64,000 bases of DNA from Savitreella phatthalungensis. Its lineage: Eukaryota. Below the pieces are notes generated by a model. It saw only the letters and a program-made list of their open reading frames with translations, ran no database searches and was not told the origin of the DNA. Every line of letters starts with the position of its first letter. Position 1 is the first letter of the stretch. Where the stretch lies: positions 372,001 through 436,000 of the forward strand of contig AP039698.1 in assembly GCA_051599415.1 (NCBI GenBank), written 5' to 3'. Position numbers and translations under genes: made by a program. This document shows positions 20,757-31,117 of the stretch, piece after piece.

Positions 20757-22118
20757 TTACTGGGATTGTCGCTTGAGGAGGCGGTACTTGCTGTGTAAGG
20801 CATCGATATCGGTGTACGCGCCTTTGAGCCAGCGCTCGCCTGCTCCCGAGAAAGCCGTGCGAGCGTGCAAGGTACGTCGATTGTGAAACACCACACACGT
20901 ACCCTTGCCCAGAGTCAACTCCAGCCGATTCGATCCCTCTCGCAAGATCGAAGCATACTCCCGAATCGCCTCTGCATACTCATCAAACCCCTCACTCACT
21001 TGGGTGCCCTGGAAGGGCGGAGAGTAATTGACGTACTTGAGCGGCGGGGATGTGCCTTCGGGTGTTGGGGTGGATGTGTTGGCAAGGACGAATGTAGGTC
21101 TTGATTGGTGGTAGAATTGGTTATCGTTGTCATACTCAAAATCGACGTTGTGTGTGGCGAGTGTGTGGAATGCTTTTGGGGAGCGCGCGTGGAGGATGGA
21201 TGCTGCGTGGAAGGCGTCTACGAAGATGGATGCGCCGCCGTCGACCTCGTTCGCTAGGCAGTGGAGGAACTGGAGTCCAGGCGGAGACTCGTAGTACAGC
21301 AGATCCATATGCAGATCCAAATCGACCGACGTGTATGCGACGTTCTTCGCATCCGCCACAGACCTCACGTCCCACGTCGCACCGTAGAACGTGTTCTTCA
21401 GAGGACCAACACGGCCTACCATCGTCTCCAGCACACCACTATTCTCACCACCGCTAGGACACCCCTCGATAAACGCAAGCCCGCAAAGTGTCAACGCCTC
21501 AACCAACTTCCACACCGCTCCGTCACCACGCATCAGATCACCATATCTGACTGTGAGCGCACCGTCATGCTTGAGCGCTGTGATCTGCTCGGCGTCCCAG
21601 GTTATGGGGAGTACGTCGTTCATTCGTGATTGTTCTGCTGCTGCGCGCGTGCGTGTGGCTGCGAGCTGCGTGGACGGGTAGATTGATCTGTGTGTGGTGT
21701 CGGCAGGGTGGTCCCAGATGATCTCGAGCGCGTTGCCGTTGACGGCCCGCATGGCGGCGATCTGGGGGCGTGCTGCAAGGTCACCAGTGTTGAAGGTCTT
21801 CTGCCGCGTGCTCACGTCAACGCAACGGCCACACCGGCAGCTGTCACGCAGCCACCGTGTCGAAAACGCGTGCGGTTCACCATCCAGGTACACCTTGACG
21901 GCGTTCGGGTCGTCACGCACCGCCGACGTCGGGAGTTCTAGGGTAGGATCACGAAGGAGTGGGCGGGTGTCGACGTCGGACCGATGCGTCTGAAAGACCA
22001 TCTTGGAGATTGAGGACGGAGCGGGTTTAGGGAGGGATCGTGTGAACGGCCGAACGATTGACATGGGAAGCGTCCGCCGGCAGCCAGCGGCATGTCTGGC
22101 AGCTGTTTTGAGCAGCAT
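20757..22118 (-). CDS. Mitochondrial gamma-butyrobetaine dioxygenase-like 2OG-Fe(II) oxygenase (GBBH_N + TauD)
   Basis: Arg-rich presequence, WLRDSCRCGRC Zn motif, NVAYT..LDLHMDLLYYESPPGLQFLHC, FHNRRTLHARTAF, RWLKGAY. Confidence 0.9.
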   Translation of the reverse strand: MLLKTAARHAAGCRRTLPMSIVRPFTRSLPKPAPSSISKMVFQTHRSDVDTRPLLRDPTLELPTSAVRDDPNAVKVYLDGEPHAFSTRWLRDSCRCGRCVDVSTRQKTFNTGDLAARPQIAAMRAVNGNALEIIWDHPADTTHRSIYPSTQLAATRTRAAAEQSRMNDVLPITWDAEQITALKHDGALTVRYGDLMRGDGAVWKLVEALTLCGLAFIEGCPSGGENSGVLETMVGRVGPLKNTFYGATWDVRSVADAKNVAYTSVDLDLHMDLLYYESPPGLQFLHCLANEVDGGASIFVDAFHAASILHARSPKAFHTLATHNVDFEYDNDNQFYHQSRPTFVLANTSTPTPEGTSPPLKYVNYSPPFQGTQVSEGFDEYAEAIREYASILREGSNRLELTLGKGTCVVFHNRRTLHARTAFSGAGERWLKGAYTDIDALHSKYRLLKRQSQ

Positions 22119-23274
22119 AGATACGATGAAGTCCTTTCGATGGGTCCAGACGAAGAGTGATAGCGAGCAGATCTTGATAGGATGAGGTCAGTGTTACCGT
22201 GTGATGTAAATGTGGAGATGGACAGAAGAAGGAAGTCGTCTCTGACGGCTTGGTCCGAATGCACAAGCCACAAGGATATCTACACACGGCAACATAGGGC
22301 AAGTCACCTCCGTTAAGATGCCTCATCTCAAGGTCTCAAGGAAGATCTAGCATGGTCAATGACAATGTCATGCGATTGAGGTCGAGCTATATACAGTCGC
22401 CCCTATAAAATATCTCTTTTTTGATCTCCGTGTCCCACACTCGTGCTCTCTATTTGACGTCTCCCGCGGTGATATGTCGTGCTGTCGATTGATTTACAGA
22501 CTGACTGATCATGTCTTTAACTCCTCGTCTCCTGTCTCGTTCCACAATTGTTTGTCGATGATGAAGTTCATTAAAAGAGACGTCTGCGTCAAGGTCCTCG
22601 CGAGAAGAAAACATGTAGTGTCATGATGAAAGTCTTCGCTCGCCATGCAGGGTGATGATTGATGAAAAGGGTGCTGTCGTGGAGGATGAAAATGAGGATG
22701 ACAAGAACCGTGGAAGAGAGAGGGGGCAAAGAGAGAAGACGTCAGATGCTCAACTTTTTAGTAAAGAGAGCCAGTGATGTCGCGAGAGGAGTCAAAATTG
22801 GGAGCAGAGATGGGAATTGTCGATGGAAGAGTAGATCTTTGAGGTCGAAGTCGCGCGAGGATGGATAGTGCAATTGACTCAAGCTGAGAGAGAAAGAGCC
22901 GAAAATTGTGTGGAGAAACTTTTGCGGATGATGAGGATGATGATGATTGAATGGATAATTGAGTCGATAGATGATTGATGATTGATGAAGATGATGATGG
23001 TAATGATGATGTTGTTGGTCGTTAAAAACAAGTCTTCTAGCTTTGGTGCGTCGTTCAAAAAGGGCCGTAGCAAGAGAAGAAGAGAAACGGGCGTGATATC
23101 CACCGAGGAGCGGAGTAGAAGAGATCTTAGAAGAGAAAAAAGAACGAGTCGGGCGAAGAATTATAATCGCGCAAGATGTTGAATTTTGTTCCTTCGATCA
23201 GCCTGCCTTACCTCCACTGAGAAGAAGATACAGCACGTCCCATGTCGCTGCTGCCTGGATGTCTACTTGATGGC

Positions 23275-23526
23275 TTATGCCTTTCTGCGGAAAGAGCATC
23301 CCTCCATCAGACGAGCCTTACCACCTGTTGGCTGGCAGAGGACGGATGCGCATGATCCGCAGATGACAACTGTCTGTGCGTGTGAGAAGACGGTGGTGAT
23401 GGAGAAGCATCCTGGGCACTTGACGTCCATGAAGAATGAGCGAGGACCCTGGACGAGCTGCTTGAGCTTGTGCTTCTGGGCCTCGGTGGCAGGGTTTGGG
23501 TTAAGAAGATCGACTGCGAGAACCAT
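23275..23526 (-). CDS. RPS27: 40S ribosomal protein eS27
   Basis: [10 protein letters not shown]...[51 protein letters not shown]. Confidence 0.98.
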   Translation of the reverse strand: MVLAVDLLNPNPATEAQKHKLKQLVQGPRSFFMDVKCPGCFSITTVFSHAQTVVICGSCASVLCQPTGGKARLMEGCSFRRKA

Positions 23527-24361
23527 GACTGTATAAAGTTGTCAGGAGTGAGTGTGATGAAGATGGAATGGAGGATGAGAGCGCGCTCTTGAGTAAGTGA
23601 CTCTGAGAGAATCTGGTGGACGATTGAGAGTAGACTAGAAGGTAGAGCTGTGGATTGGACTGTGCTGGGTAGTGTGAGTAGAGGGTGTGCTGACTGTCTG
23701 AGAGTGAGTGTGTGTGTAGAGAGAGAGGTAGTCCTTGGTCGCTCGACTGGTTACTGTGTGAATGACTGGGGGGGAAATGGGTTTGAGCGAGAGTGTGGGA
23801 AGGTTACGCGTCGTGTGCGATCAGGCTGACAATATTCTCTTCCCTCTCAGCTACAATCGATGACATCCCAATCTGTCAAGGCTAAGAGAATAAAATACGG
23901 TCACGAGGACAAAATGTTGTAGATCTCAATCGTATCTCAATTAATTCTCAGATCTACATAATTCAAGAACATTCGGAAAGAATATTGATGCTTGCCACTA
24001 ATTTTGATACTTCTAGAATAGGATCCATGAAAGTTTGAAATTTGGTGCCTGACTGTCGATCGACATCGGTGGAATTTTGTTTGTTTGACAGTGCTCAGAT
24101 TGTATTTCCTTTCGCTGTGACTCGCATTCCTCTTCATTTGCAAAATTCAGAGATTTCCCAGCGGAGCTCACCCGAGAAATTCGTGGCGCGGGTGGCACAG
24201 GCTCTCGGCATCTATTGTGGCACATGATAGCACATTCTTTGTGGCGTCGAGCACGTGTGCATTGACTCTGTAACGGTACCAGGATGCACGTTCACGCCCC
24301 TGACATCCTGCTCCACTTAGATCACATGCAGTAGATTACATCCATACCTCCGCTAGGCTTG

Positions 24362-25111
24362 ATGGCTGAGGATCTGGATGATCTGTCTCTGTCGGCATCG
24401 ACATTAGCTGCGCTCCAGCAGTTTCGGGAGGAGTCTGCTTCGGAGGCTGAAAGATTTGCTCGGCTGCAGGCTCGCGCAGAGGCTCGGTTCGATGGAAATC
24501 CCGATACCGAGTCAGGGGCATCGCTTGACATATCAGACTTCAAGGAAGATTGGCAGCTGAGTCAGTTCTGGTATAGCCCTGAGACGCAGGATGCATTGGC
24601 ACGCGAACTCCTCAGCCAAGATGCTCCCGTGTCAGACAACGCATCGCACTCACCGCTCCGTGTCGGTGTACTCTGTGCGCCATCGGTCTACCCGCGTCTC
24701 CTGGCGAATGGTGGTCAGGACGTGTGGGTGTTTGAGCATGATCCGCGGTTCCGAGTGATGGGAAGGGACAAGTTTGTACAGTATGACTACAAGCGGCCGC
24801 TGGATGTGCCACGGGAGCTTGCCGGCACGTTCGATCGTTTACTTGTTGACCCGCCTTTCCTGTCTGACGAATGCCAGGTGAAAGCCGCGACGACGGCGCG
24901 CTTTCTGCTGAAGAAAGGCGACAAAGGTCAAAGAGGTGGGAGGGCGATTATATGCTCTGGAGCAAAGGTAAGGGAACTTCTGCTGAAGCTATACGCTGCA
25001 AAAGAGACCGTGTTCGAGGTCCGTCATAATCGGGATCAGCTTTCAAACGATTTCGTGTGTCTTACCACTTATGACTCGACCTCGCCGGCGTTCGCCCCTA
25101 GACCGCTATAA
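24362..25111 (+). CDS. EFM5: eEF1A lysine methyltransferase Efm5/N6AMT2
   Basis: LSASTLAALQQF, EDWQLSQFWYS, CAPSVY, FEHDPRF, VDPPFLSDEC. Confidence 0.92.
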   Translation: MAEDLDDLSLSASTLAALQQFREESASEAERFARLQARAEARFDGNPDTESGASLDISDFKEDWQLSQFWYSPETQDALARELLSQDAPVSDNASHSPLRVGVLCAPSVYPRLLANGGQDVWVFEHDPRFRVMGRDKFVQYDYKRPLDVPRELAGTFDRLLVDPPFLSDECQVKAATTARFLLKKGDKGQRGGRAIICSGAKVRELLLKLYAAKETVFEVRHNRDQLSNDFVCLTTYDSTSPAFAPRPL

Positions 25112-25421
25112 CTTGCATCGACAGCAATTCACGACCTTTGTAATGACTTGACGACAAGCGGGACAACAATCTCAACGACTCGGTAGACTAGACACTAAAA
25201 CACAAGATTACGTGTATCATTGACTTTCTATTTCAGCTGCCCTTTCCTCTACTAGAGGACGATCACGGTGAGTGTGGTGTCACAGGTGGTTGTAAGGTGA
25301 CAACACATATCTGCACAGTGCCTTGTGGGAGCTGTTGTAAAAGCTTTCAATCATGAAGAAAAGAAGTCAGATCAATCGTGACTGCTGAGTTTGTGTCTGT
25401 TTCGTCGACGCGCCTCTTGAT

Positions 25422-26054
25422 TTATAGGGAGCGCTTGCGTAGGCATGCCTTGAGTGCCCTGCGGAACGGCGAGCCTGCATCGGAGGATTTCTGTCCAATT
25501 CGACCAGAATCTGCCGGACTTTGTCCTGAGGTCATCATCGACTCGTCGTCGTCGTACATGCCAGAAGCTGTAGTTGCTCGTGCATGTGCTCGTAAGGTGC
25601 GGCCGAATGCTCCTGTGTCTGCAGACGACGCTGTGCTGTTGGAATTCAAGCTGCCCAAGCTCGCAGACGATTCACTCCGACTGACAGAGCTCATGGCAGC
25701 CTTCCGAGATTGGCGTTGAGGTGAGCTTGCTCCTGCCTGCGCATCCACTGGACTGCCGGGACATGACTTTGATCGACCATACGGCAAGACTTCGCGCGTC
25801 ATGTCAATGTCGAAGCTGTAAATGCCCGGAATCGATAGTAGAGAGTCTGTTGTGGATTCTCGACGGACACGCTCCGCGTTCCAGTCAAGAGGGACGATGC
25901 CTGCACTTGCGAACGAGCTTCGTCGTGACATGTCTGAGCTAGTTGGTAGAGAAGGGAAGGTGGAGAATGTCTCTACAGAGTCGTTCTCCTGAATTGTATT
26001 GAGGCCCGAAAGCTGAGCGTTGGCCAGAAGTGATGGACGAGATCGGCGTGACAT
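25422..26054 (-). CDS. Hypothetical Ser-rich, probably disordered 210-aa protein
   Basis: ATG start, 210 codons, RRSS/RRES basophilic kinase-type motifs, basic C-terminus; no domain recognised. Confidence 0.55.
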   Translation of the reverse strand: MSRRSRPSLLANAQLSGLNTIQENDSVETFSTFPSLPTSSDMSRRSSFASAGIVPLDWNAERVRRESTTDSLLSIPGIYSFDIDMTREVLPYGRSKSCPGSPVDAQAGASSPQRQSRKAAMSSVSRSESSASLGSLNSNSTASSADTGAFGRTLRAHARATTASGMYDDDESMMTSGQSPADSGRIGQKSSDAGSPFRRALKACLRKRSL

Positions 26055-27107
26055 TGTGGTAAAGAAAGTCCGAACGCTGGCTGGATTGCTGGCGTGGCGT
26101 AGAGGAAGATTAGATGAGAAGTGCAGAAAGTAGAGAAGCGAATTGACCTGGGAAGGTGTGAGCGGGGGAAGTGAGCGAGTGAGTGTCCAGCGGCTGTAGT
26201 GATTGACCGATTTCTGGCAACCTTATCTCCTTGTCTCTGATAGGTGCGTGCGAGTGTGCGAGCGACAGCGTACGTATGAATGTCTGTGCGAGAGATCGAT
26301 TGATTGAGCTTTGCTGGCAACAAATGCTGGAATCTTTCGTTGTCTGGCAGGCAAGGGTAAGATACTGCGGCTGGCTATTCGCCTGGTGATCGTTTCTCTG
26401 ACTGTGCAAGGGATGATGGAGTCACAGAGCAACAGCTACCGTCGAGGTTGTTTCAGACTTTGTTGCTGCGGTCCAGACCAGCGTAAGTACGAGAGCGATG
26501 GCCGCAGTAAAGGACAATGAATGATAGAACGGATAAGAGACAGGTGAAGAAACTTTGAGCGTGCGCGTTTCAGGTGAAACTCGTGGTTCTATTTCGGTGA
26601 CAGAAAGCAAGCGCGCCACCGTAAAAGGTAAAGTAGTCGAGTCTGAAAGTCTGTGCGAAATGTATTGGATTGACTTCTGGTATTCTGCAGCGCGGATCCT
26701 GGAAAGCAAATCAGCAACGCAGATGCTGGTAGGGTTGCAGTGATCAACACTGCCAGAGAAAATATGGTTATCGAGCGCGCAAAAGTGCCCTTTGTGTGGA
26801 TGAGCTAGTTTGCTGACTGGGAAAGATGTAAGCAAACGCTAGAACAGAATGTTTGGAATGAGTGACGATGGGAAACGAGTGACTTGTGACTTGACGTAGT
26901 GATGGTAGGTGAGTAGGTAAGCGAGCGAGCGCAAGAGTTGATCCAGACCAGGGTTTGGGTGATGGTCGGTAGGCGGTTGGTTGATTGTACTTTCGTGAAT
27001 CCTCACAATCCCACACCAAAAGCACGGTGTATCAATTGGTTGTCGTATTGACAGTAGTCGTCTATGGCTCAGTCCTGCATGAGTGGACGATCAGACTCCA
27101 AGGACAG

Positions 27108-27182
27108 GTATGAGATGACCTGCTAGCAGACCCGTTGGCCGTCCAGCTTTCTTGCTAATTCGGCGTTGTTTTCCTCCTGCAG
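27108..27182 (+). other. Consensus spliceosomal intron (75 nt) with no identified host CDS
   Basis: CAG|GTATGA donor, TGCTAAT branch, pyrimidine tract, CTGCAG|G acceptor. Confidence 0.5.
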
Positions 27183-28129
27183 GCAGACTTGACTGGATCG
27201 CCTGTTTTCACAAGGGTAAACTAAATCAGGTTAGTTTCTCTGCTACTCTTCGATGCTTCACCTCCCCTTCCTGCACGGTTCACCCTCCATAGCTAGATGC
27301 TGAAGAATCTGCAATCAGTAGAGGATTGAGTATCACGGCTGAAATTGTATGCAAGTCTGCCCTGGATTTCTCCATTCGGCCAATCAGCGTGGATCATGCG
27401 CAGTCCAAACCATAATTCAACTGCCAAAATGATATCACCACAATGATTCTATTTTTGGACAACATTTTCCCTCATCTCAGAATATGTCCGGCACACCCTG
27501 AATGCACCCAACCCTTGTCAGTATCATAGCCCTCGAGTAGCAACACTTAGCTACGACTATCAAACAGCTTAGGAGCTGGTACCGAGATCCTTTACATGCA
27601 TGGAAATTGCTGAATGCTGATGGTAATAGGCATCTCGGAGGCAGCTTGCGTGATTGTCCGTTTCATGCCATTCAAAGAGTCCAGATCCAATGCACACCAC
27701 CACGGTATGGACATTGACCCAGCTGGGATTTTGCAGTTTCTCCCTGATCGGAATCATATGCACGGAATTCATTTTGGACCAGGCTAGCCAGCTCTAGTAC
27801 TGACTGACTACACCGGGATACATCAGCTGGCCTGTAGGCTAGAGCAGAGCACGATTTAAACCATCCTTCTCGGAGGTGTTGTGGGTTGAAGCACGTGCAA
27901 AATTTGTTTAGTGCGATCAAACTGCGTAATGCACGAGATCTCAATTGATACTTTCGTACGTACGTAGGTTGGTACCATGCATCGGTGCATCGGTCACACA
28001 GGCACCAAACGCACATTCTCATACAATACTTGCTCACCTCCACACAGTACTGCCAATGCACGTCTACAAGTCGCGCTACTAACTTTTATTTACCGCCGTA
28101 CAGTCGTCGCTTGACGGCCTGAAAGCGAC

Positions 28130-31036
28130 ATGGGAGTCCCAGCACTCTTCCGCTGGCTTTCGCGAAAGTATCCAAAAATCATTTTGCCCGTGTCCGAGGC
28201 GCCATCCACCGACAGCGATGGCAACGATATCCCCGTCGACTGCACTTTGCCTAATCCAAATGGCGAAGAGTTTGATAACCTCTATCTCGACATGAATGGT
28301 ATCGTGCATCCATGTTCGCATCCCGAGGATCGGCCGCCACCGCGCAACGAGCAAGAGATGATGCAGGAGGTCTTCCGGTATACTGACCGCATCATGGCCA
28401 TGGTCCGGCCACGCAAACTGCTCATGATTGCTGTCGACGGCGTTGCTCCACGAGCAAAGATGAATCAACAGCGCTCTCGTCGCTTCAGATCTGCGCAGGA
28501 GGCAGAGGAGAAAGCAAAGGCGAAAGCAAAACTCGTCGAGGAGCTTGTGGCAAACGGGCAGAAGCCTCCTGAAGAGGGGCCTGCTCCTTGGGACTCGAAC
28601 GTCATCACACCAGGAACGCCTTTCATGGATATTCTGGCGTCATCACTGCGCTACTGGGTACAGTACAAGTTCAACACCGATCCTGCATGGAAGAATCTCA
28701 AAGTCATCATCTCAGACGCCTCTGTACCAGGAGAAGGCGAGCACAAGATTATGGAATTCGTTCGATCTCAACGATCGGACCCGCGACATGATCCAAATAC
28801 GAGACACGTCATCTACGGTCTCGACGCCGACCTCATCATGCTGGGACTTGCTACCCATGAGCCATACTTCCGCGTGTTGAGAGAAGACGTCTTCTTCGGC
28901 CAGGACAATGGTGCTTGCCACAATTGCGGACGGAAAGGACATCGTGCTGCAGAATGTACATCCGCGCCCGCTGAAAAGGACGAGCAGGCAGTCCCTGTCA
29001 AGAAACCCTTCATCTGGCTCAACACGACAGTCCTGCGGGAATATCTGGAGGCCGAGCTGCATCTCCCGAATCAGCGTACACCCTGGGATCTGGAGCGTGC
29101 CATCGATGACTGGGTCTTCATCATTTTCTTCGTCGGCAATGACTTTCTGCCGCATCTGCCAAGTCTCGAGATTCGCGAAGGTGCAATTGACATGCTGGTA
29201 GACTTATGGAAGCGCAACCTTGACGTCGCTGGAGGCTACATCACATGTGACGGTCAAATGGACACGAAAAAAGCCCACTTCCTGCTCGAAGGTATTGCGC
29301 AGCAGGAGAGCCAAATCTTCAAACGGCGAAAAGCTGACGAAGAGCGGCGCGAGCAACGCGACAAGGCCCGGCAACGACAGAATCAGGTTAAGCGACAGCG
29401 ACGCGAAGATCCTGCTCCTTTGGGCTTGATGGATCTGAGCAAGACACCTGCTGAAGCGGCAATGTCCAACTCCGAAATCGTCGCCAATCGCAATGCCGAT
29501 GTGGCAAACATCGCAGCGGCGGCCAAGTTAAAGGCTGAGCTGCTAGCCAGCACGGAAAAGAAAGATGACCCTCAGGAAGCTGGCAATCAGACACCAGAAC
29601 CAACCAGCGAAGATCAGCCGGCGAAGAAACGCCCATTCGGCGAATTCGAAGACGCCGCGACAAGCACAGACAATGCCACGCCTGCCGAACCAGCTGCTGA
29701 AGATGACGAGATCAGCGGTCCGGATGACAGCGTCAAGCTTTGGGAAGATGGATACAAGGAGCGCTATTACGAGCAAAAATTTCATGCGGACCCGCGAGAC
29801 ATCGATTTTCGGCGCAGTGTTGCCCGCGATTACATTGAGGGACTTGCATGGGTATTGCTCTACTATTTCCAAGGATGTCCAAGCTGGACTTGGTACTATC
29901 CACACCACTACGCGCCGTTTGCTGCGGACTTTGACAAAGTGTCAGAGGTCGAGATATCCTTCGTCAAGGGCGAGCCAGCCAGACCGTACGAGCAGCTTCT
30001 TGGAGTTATGCCTACCGCGTCACGTCACGTCCTGCCGAAACCGCTGCAAGCGCTGATGACAGATGAGGAATACGGCATTCTGGATTTCTATCCGCTCGAC
30101 TTCCCGGTGGACTTGAACGGGAAGAAATTTGCGTGGCAAGGCGTAGTGCTTCTGCCGTTCATCGACCAGTCACGGCTGCTAGAAGCATGTGCTAAGGGCT
30201 ACAAGCTTCTTACAGACGACGAGATGGCGCGGAACCAGCGTGGACACGAAGCTCTCTACTTCTCCGAGCAGAACGAGAAGCTCTACGATCTCGTGGTCAC
30301 ACGGCTCTACAGGAAGACTTCGAAACCCTCGGCTGATCTAGACATGCGTATGTCTGACGGTCTAGCAGGTGTGATGACGAGAGAAGATGACTTCGTGCCT
30401 AATGCCCGCTTAGACTGGCCTTTCAGTGAGGAAGAGACACAGACACGGTGGGAAGACCTTGAGGCCAATACGGCGATGGTGGTCGGCTACGATCTCCCAA
30501 AACTGCCATCACCCCACAAGAGTATGCTCTTGCGCGGCGTTGTACCTCCACAGCGCATTCTTGACCGGCGTGACCTTGAACAAGTGCGCTACGGTGGTGG
30601 TGAGCCACGCAGGCGCGGTGACAACGATCGCTGGGGCAACGGTAACCGCGCTCGCGACGTTCTTGATCCCAGCCAGCACCGACACGCGCCACCCTCTAAT
30701 GGCGGCGGAGGCATGATTCCACCACCGTGGCTCGCAGGCAGCGTGCCGCCGCCACCACCACCGCAGCACCAGCACGCTAACGGCGGATGGCAAGGCTATG
30801 CCAGACACCAGCACTTCGATGGTGCTAACCACAACGGTCATGGAGGCCACCGAGGAGGTCCACGCGGCGGTCGCGCAGGCTATCACTCCCACGCTACACC
30901 TCGCGGCGGCCAACACCAACAAAACAACACAGCCTACCAGAACCGCTACTCCAGAGTGAATCACAACAACGGACCACAACGAGGACATGCCAACTCATCA
31001 TCGCGTCCACCGCAGGACGCCTGGCGTCGTCATTGA
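28130..31036 (+). CDS. RAT1: Nuclear 5'-3' exoribonuclease Rat1/Dhp1/XRN2
   Basis: MGVPALFRWLSRKYPK, DNLYLDMNGIVHPC, DGVAPRAKMNQQRSRRF, PGEGEHKIM, CCHC knuckle CHNCGRKGHRAAEC, RGG/Q/N-rich tail. Confidence 0.97.
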   Translation: MGVPALFRWLSRKYPKIILPVSEAPSTDSDGNDIPVDCTLPNPNGEEFDNLYLDMNGIVHPCSHPEDRPPPRNEQEMMQEVFRYTDRIMAMVRPRKLLMIAVDGVAPRAKMNQQRSRRFRSAQEAEEKAKAKAKLVEELVANGQKPPEEGPAPWDSNVITPGTPFMDILASSLRYWVQYKFNTDPAWKNLKVIISDASVPGEGEHKIMEFVRSQRSDPRHDPNTRHVIYGLDADLIMLGLATHEPYFRVLREDVFFGQDNGACHNCGRKGHRAAECTSAPAEKDEQAVPVKKPFIWLNTTVLREYLEAELHLPNQRTPWDLERAIDDWVFIIFFVGNDFLPHLPSLEIREGAIDMLVDLWKRNLDVAGGYITCDGQMDTKKAHFLLEGIAQQESQIFKRRKADEERREQRDKARQRQNQVKRQRREDPAPLGLMDLSKTPAEAAMSNSEIVANRNADVANIAAAAKLKAELLASTEKKDDPQEAGNQTPEPTSEDQPAKKRPFGEFEDAATSTDNATPAEPAAEDDEISGPDDSVKLWEDGYKERYYEQKFHADPRDIDFRRSVARDYIEGLAWVLLYYFQGCPSWTWYYPHHYAPFAADFDKVSEVEISFVKGEPARPYEQLLGVMPTASRHVLPKPLQALMTDEEYGILDFYPLDFPVDLNGKKFAWQGVVLLPFIDQSRLLEACAKGYKLLTDDEMARNQRGHEALYFSEQNEKLYDLVVTRLYRKTSKPSADLDMRMSDGLAGVMTREDDFVPNARLDWPFSEEETQTRWEDLEANTAMVVGYDLPKLPSPHKSMLLRGVVPPQRILDRRDLEQVRYGGGEPRRRGDNDRWGNGNRARDVLDPSQHRHAPPSNGGGGMIPPPWLAGSVPPPPPPQHQHANGGWQGYARHQHFDGANHNGHGGHRGGPRGGRAGYHSHATPRGGQHQQNNTAYQNRYSRVNHNNGPQRGHANSSSRPPQDAWRRH

Positions 31037-31117
31037 CAGGAAAAGAGCCGTCAGTAGTGGAATAATTGTATCGTTTTGTAAGTACATCGACAGCTTTGAC
31101 TATAGGTGAATGTGAGA

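Noticed and set aside
22560..23020. Many TGATGA (box C) motifs suggesting a snoRNA cluster
   Set aside because: They belong to a (GAT)n low-complexity tract with no paired D boxes or rRNA antisense elements that I could see
24116..24123. TGTGACTC, near match to the S. pombe Homol D box upstream of rps27
   Set aside because: One mismatch and about 600 nt from the ATG; unsupported
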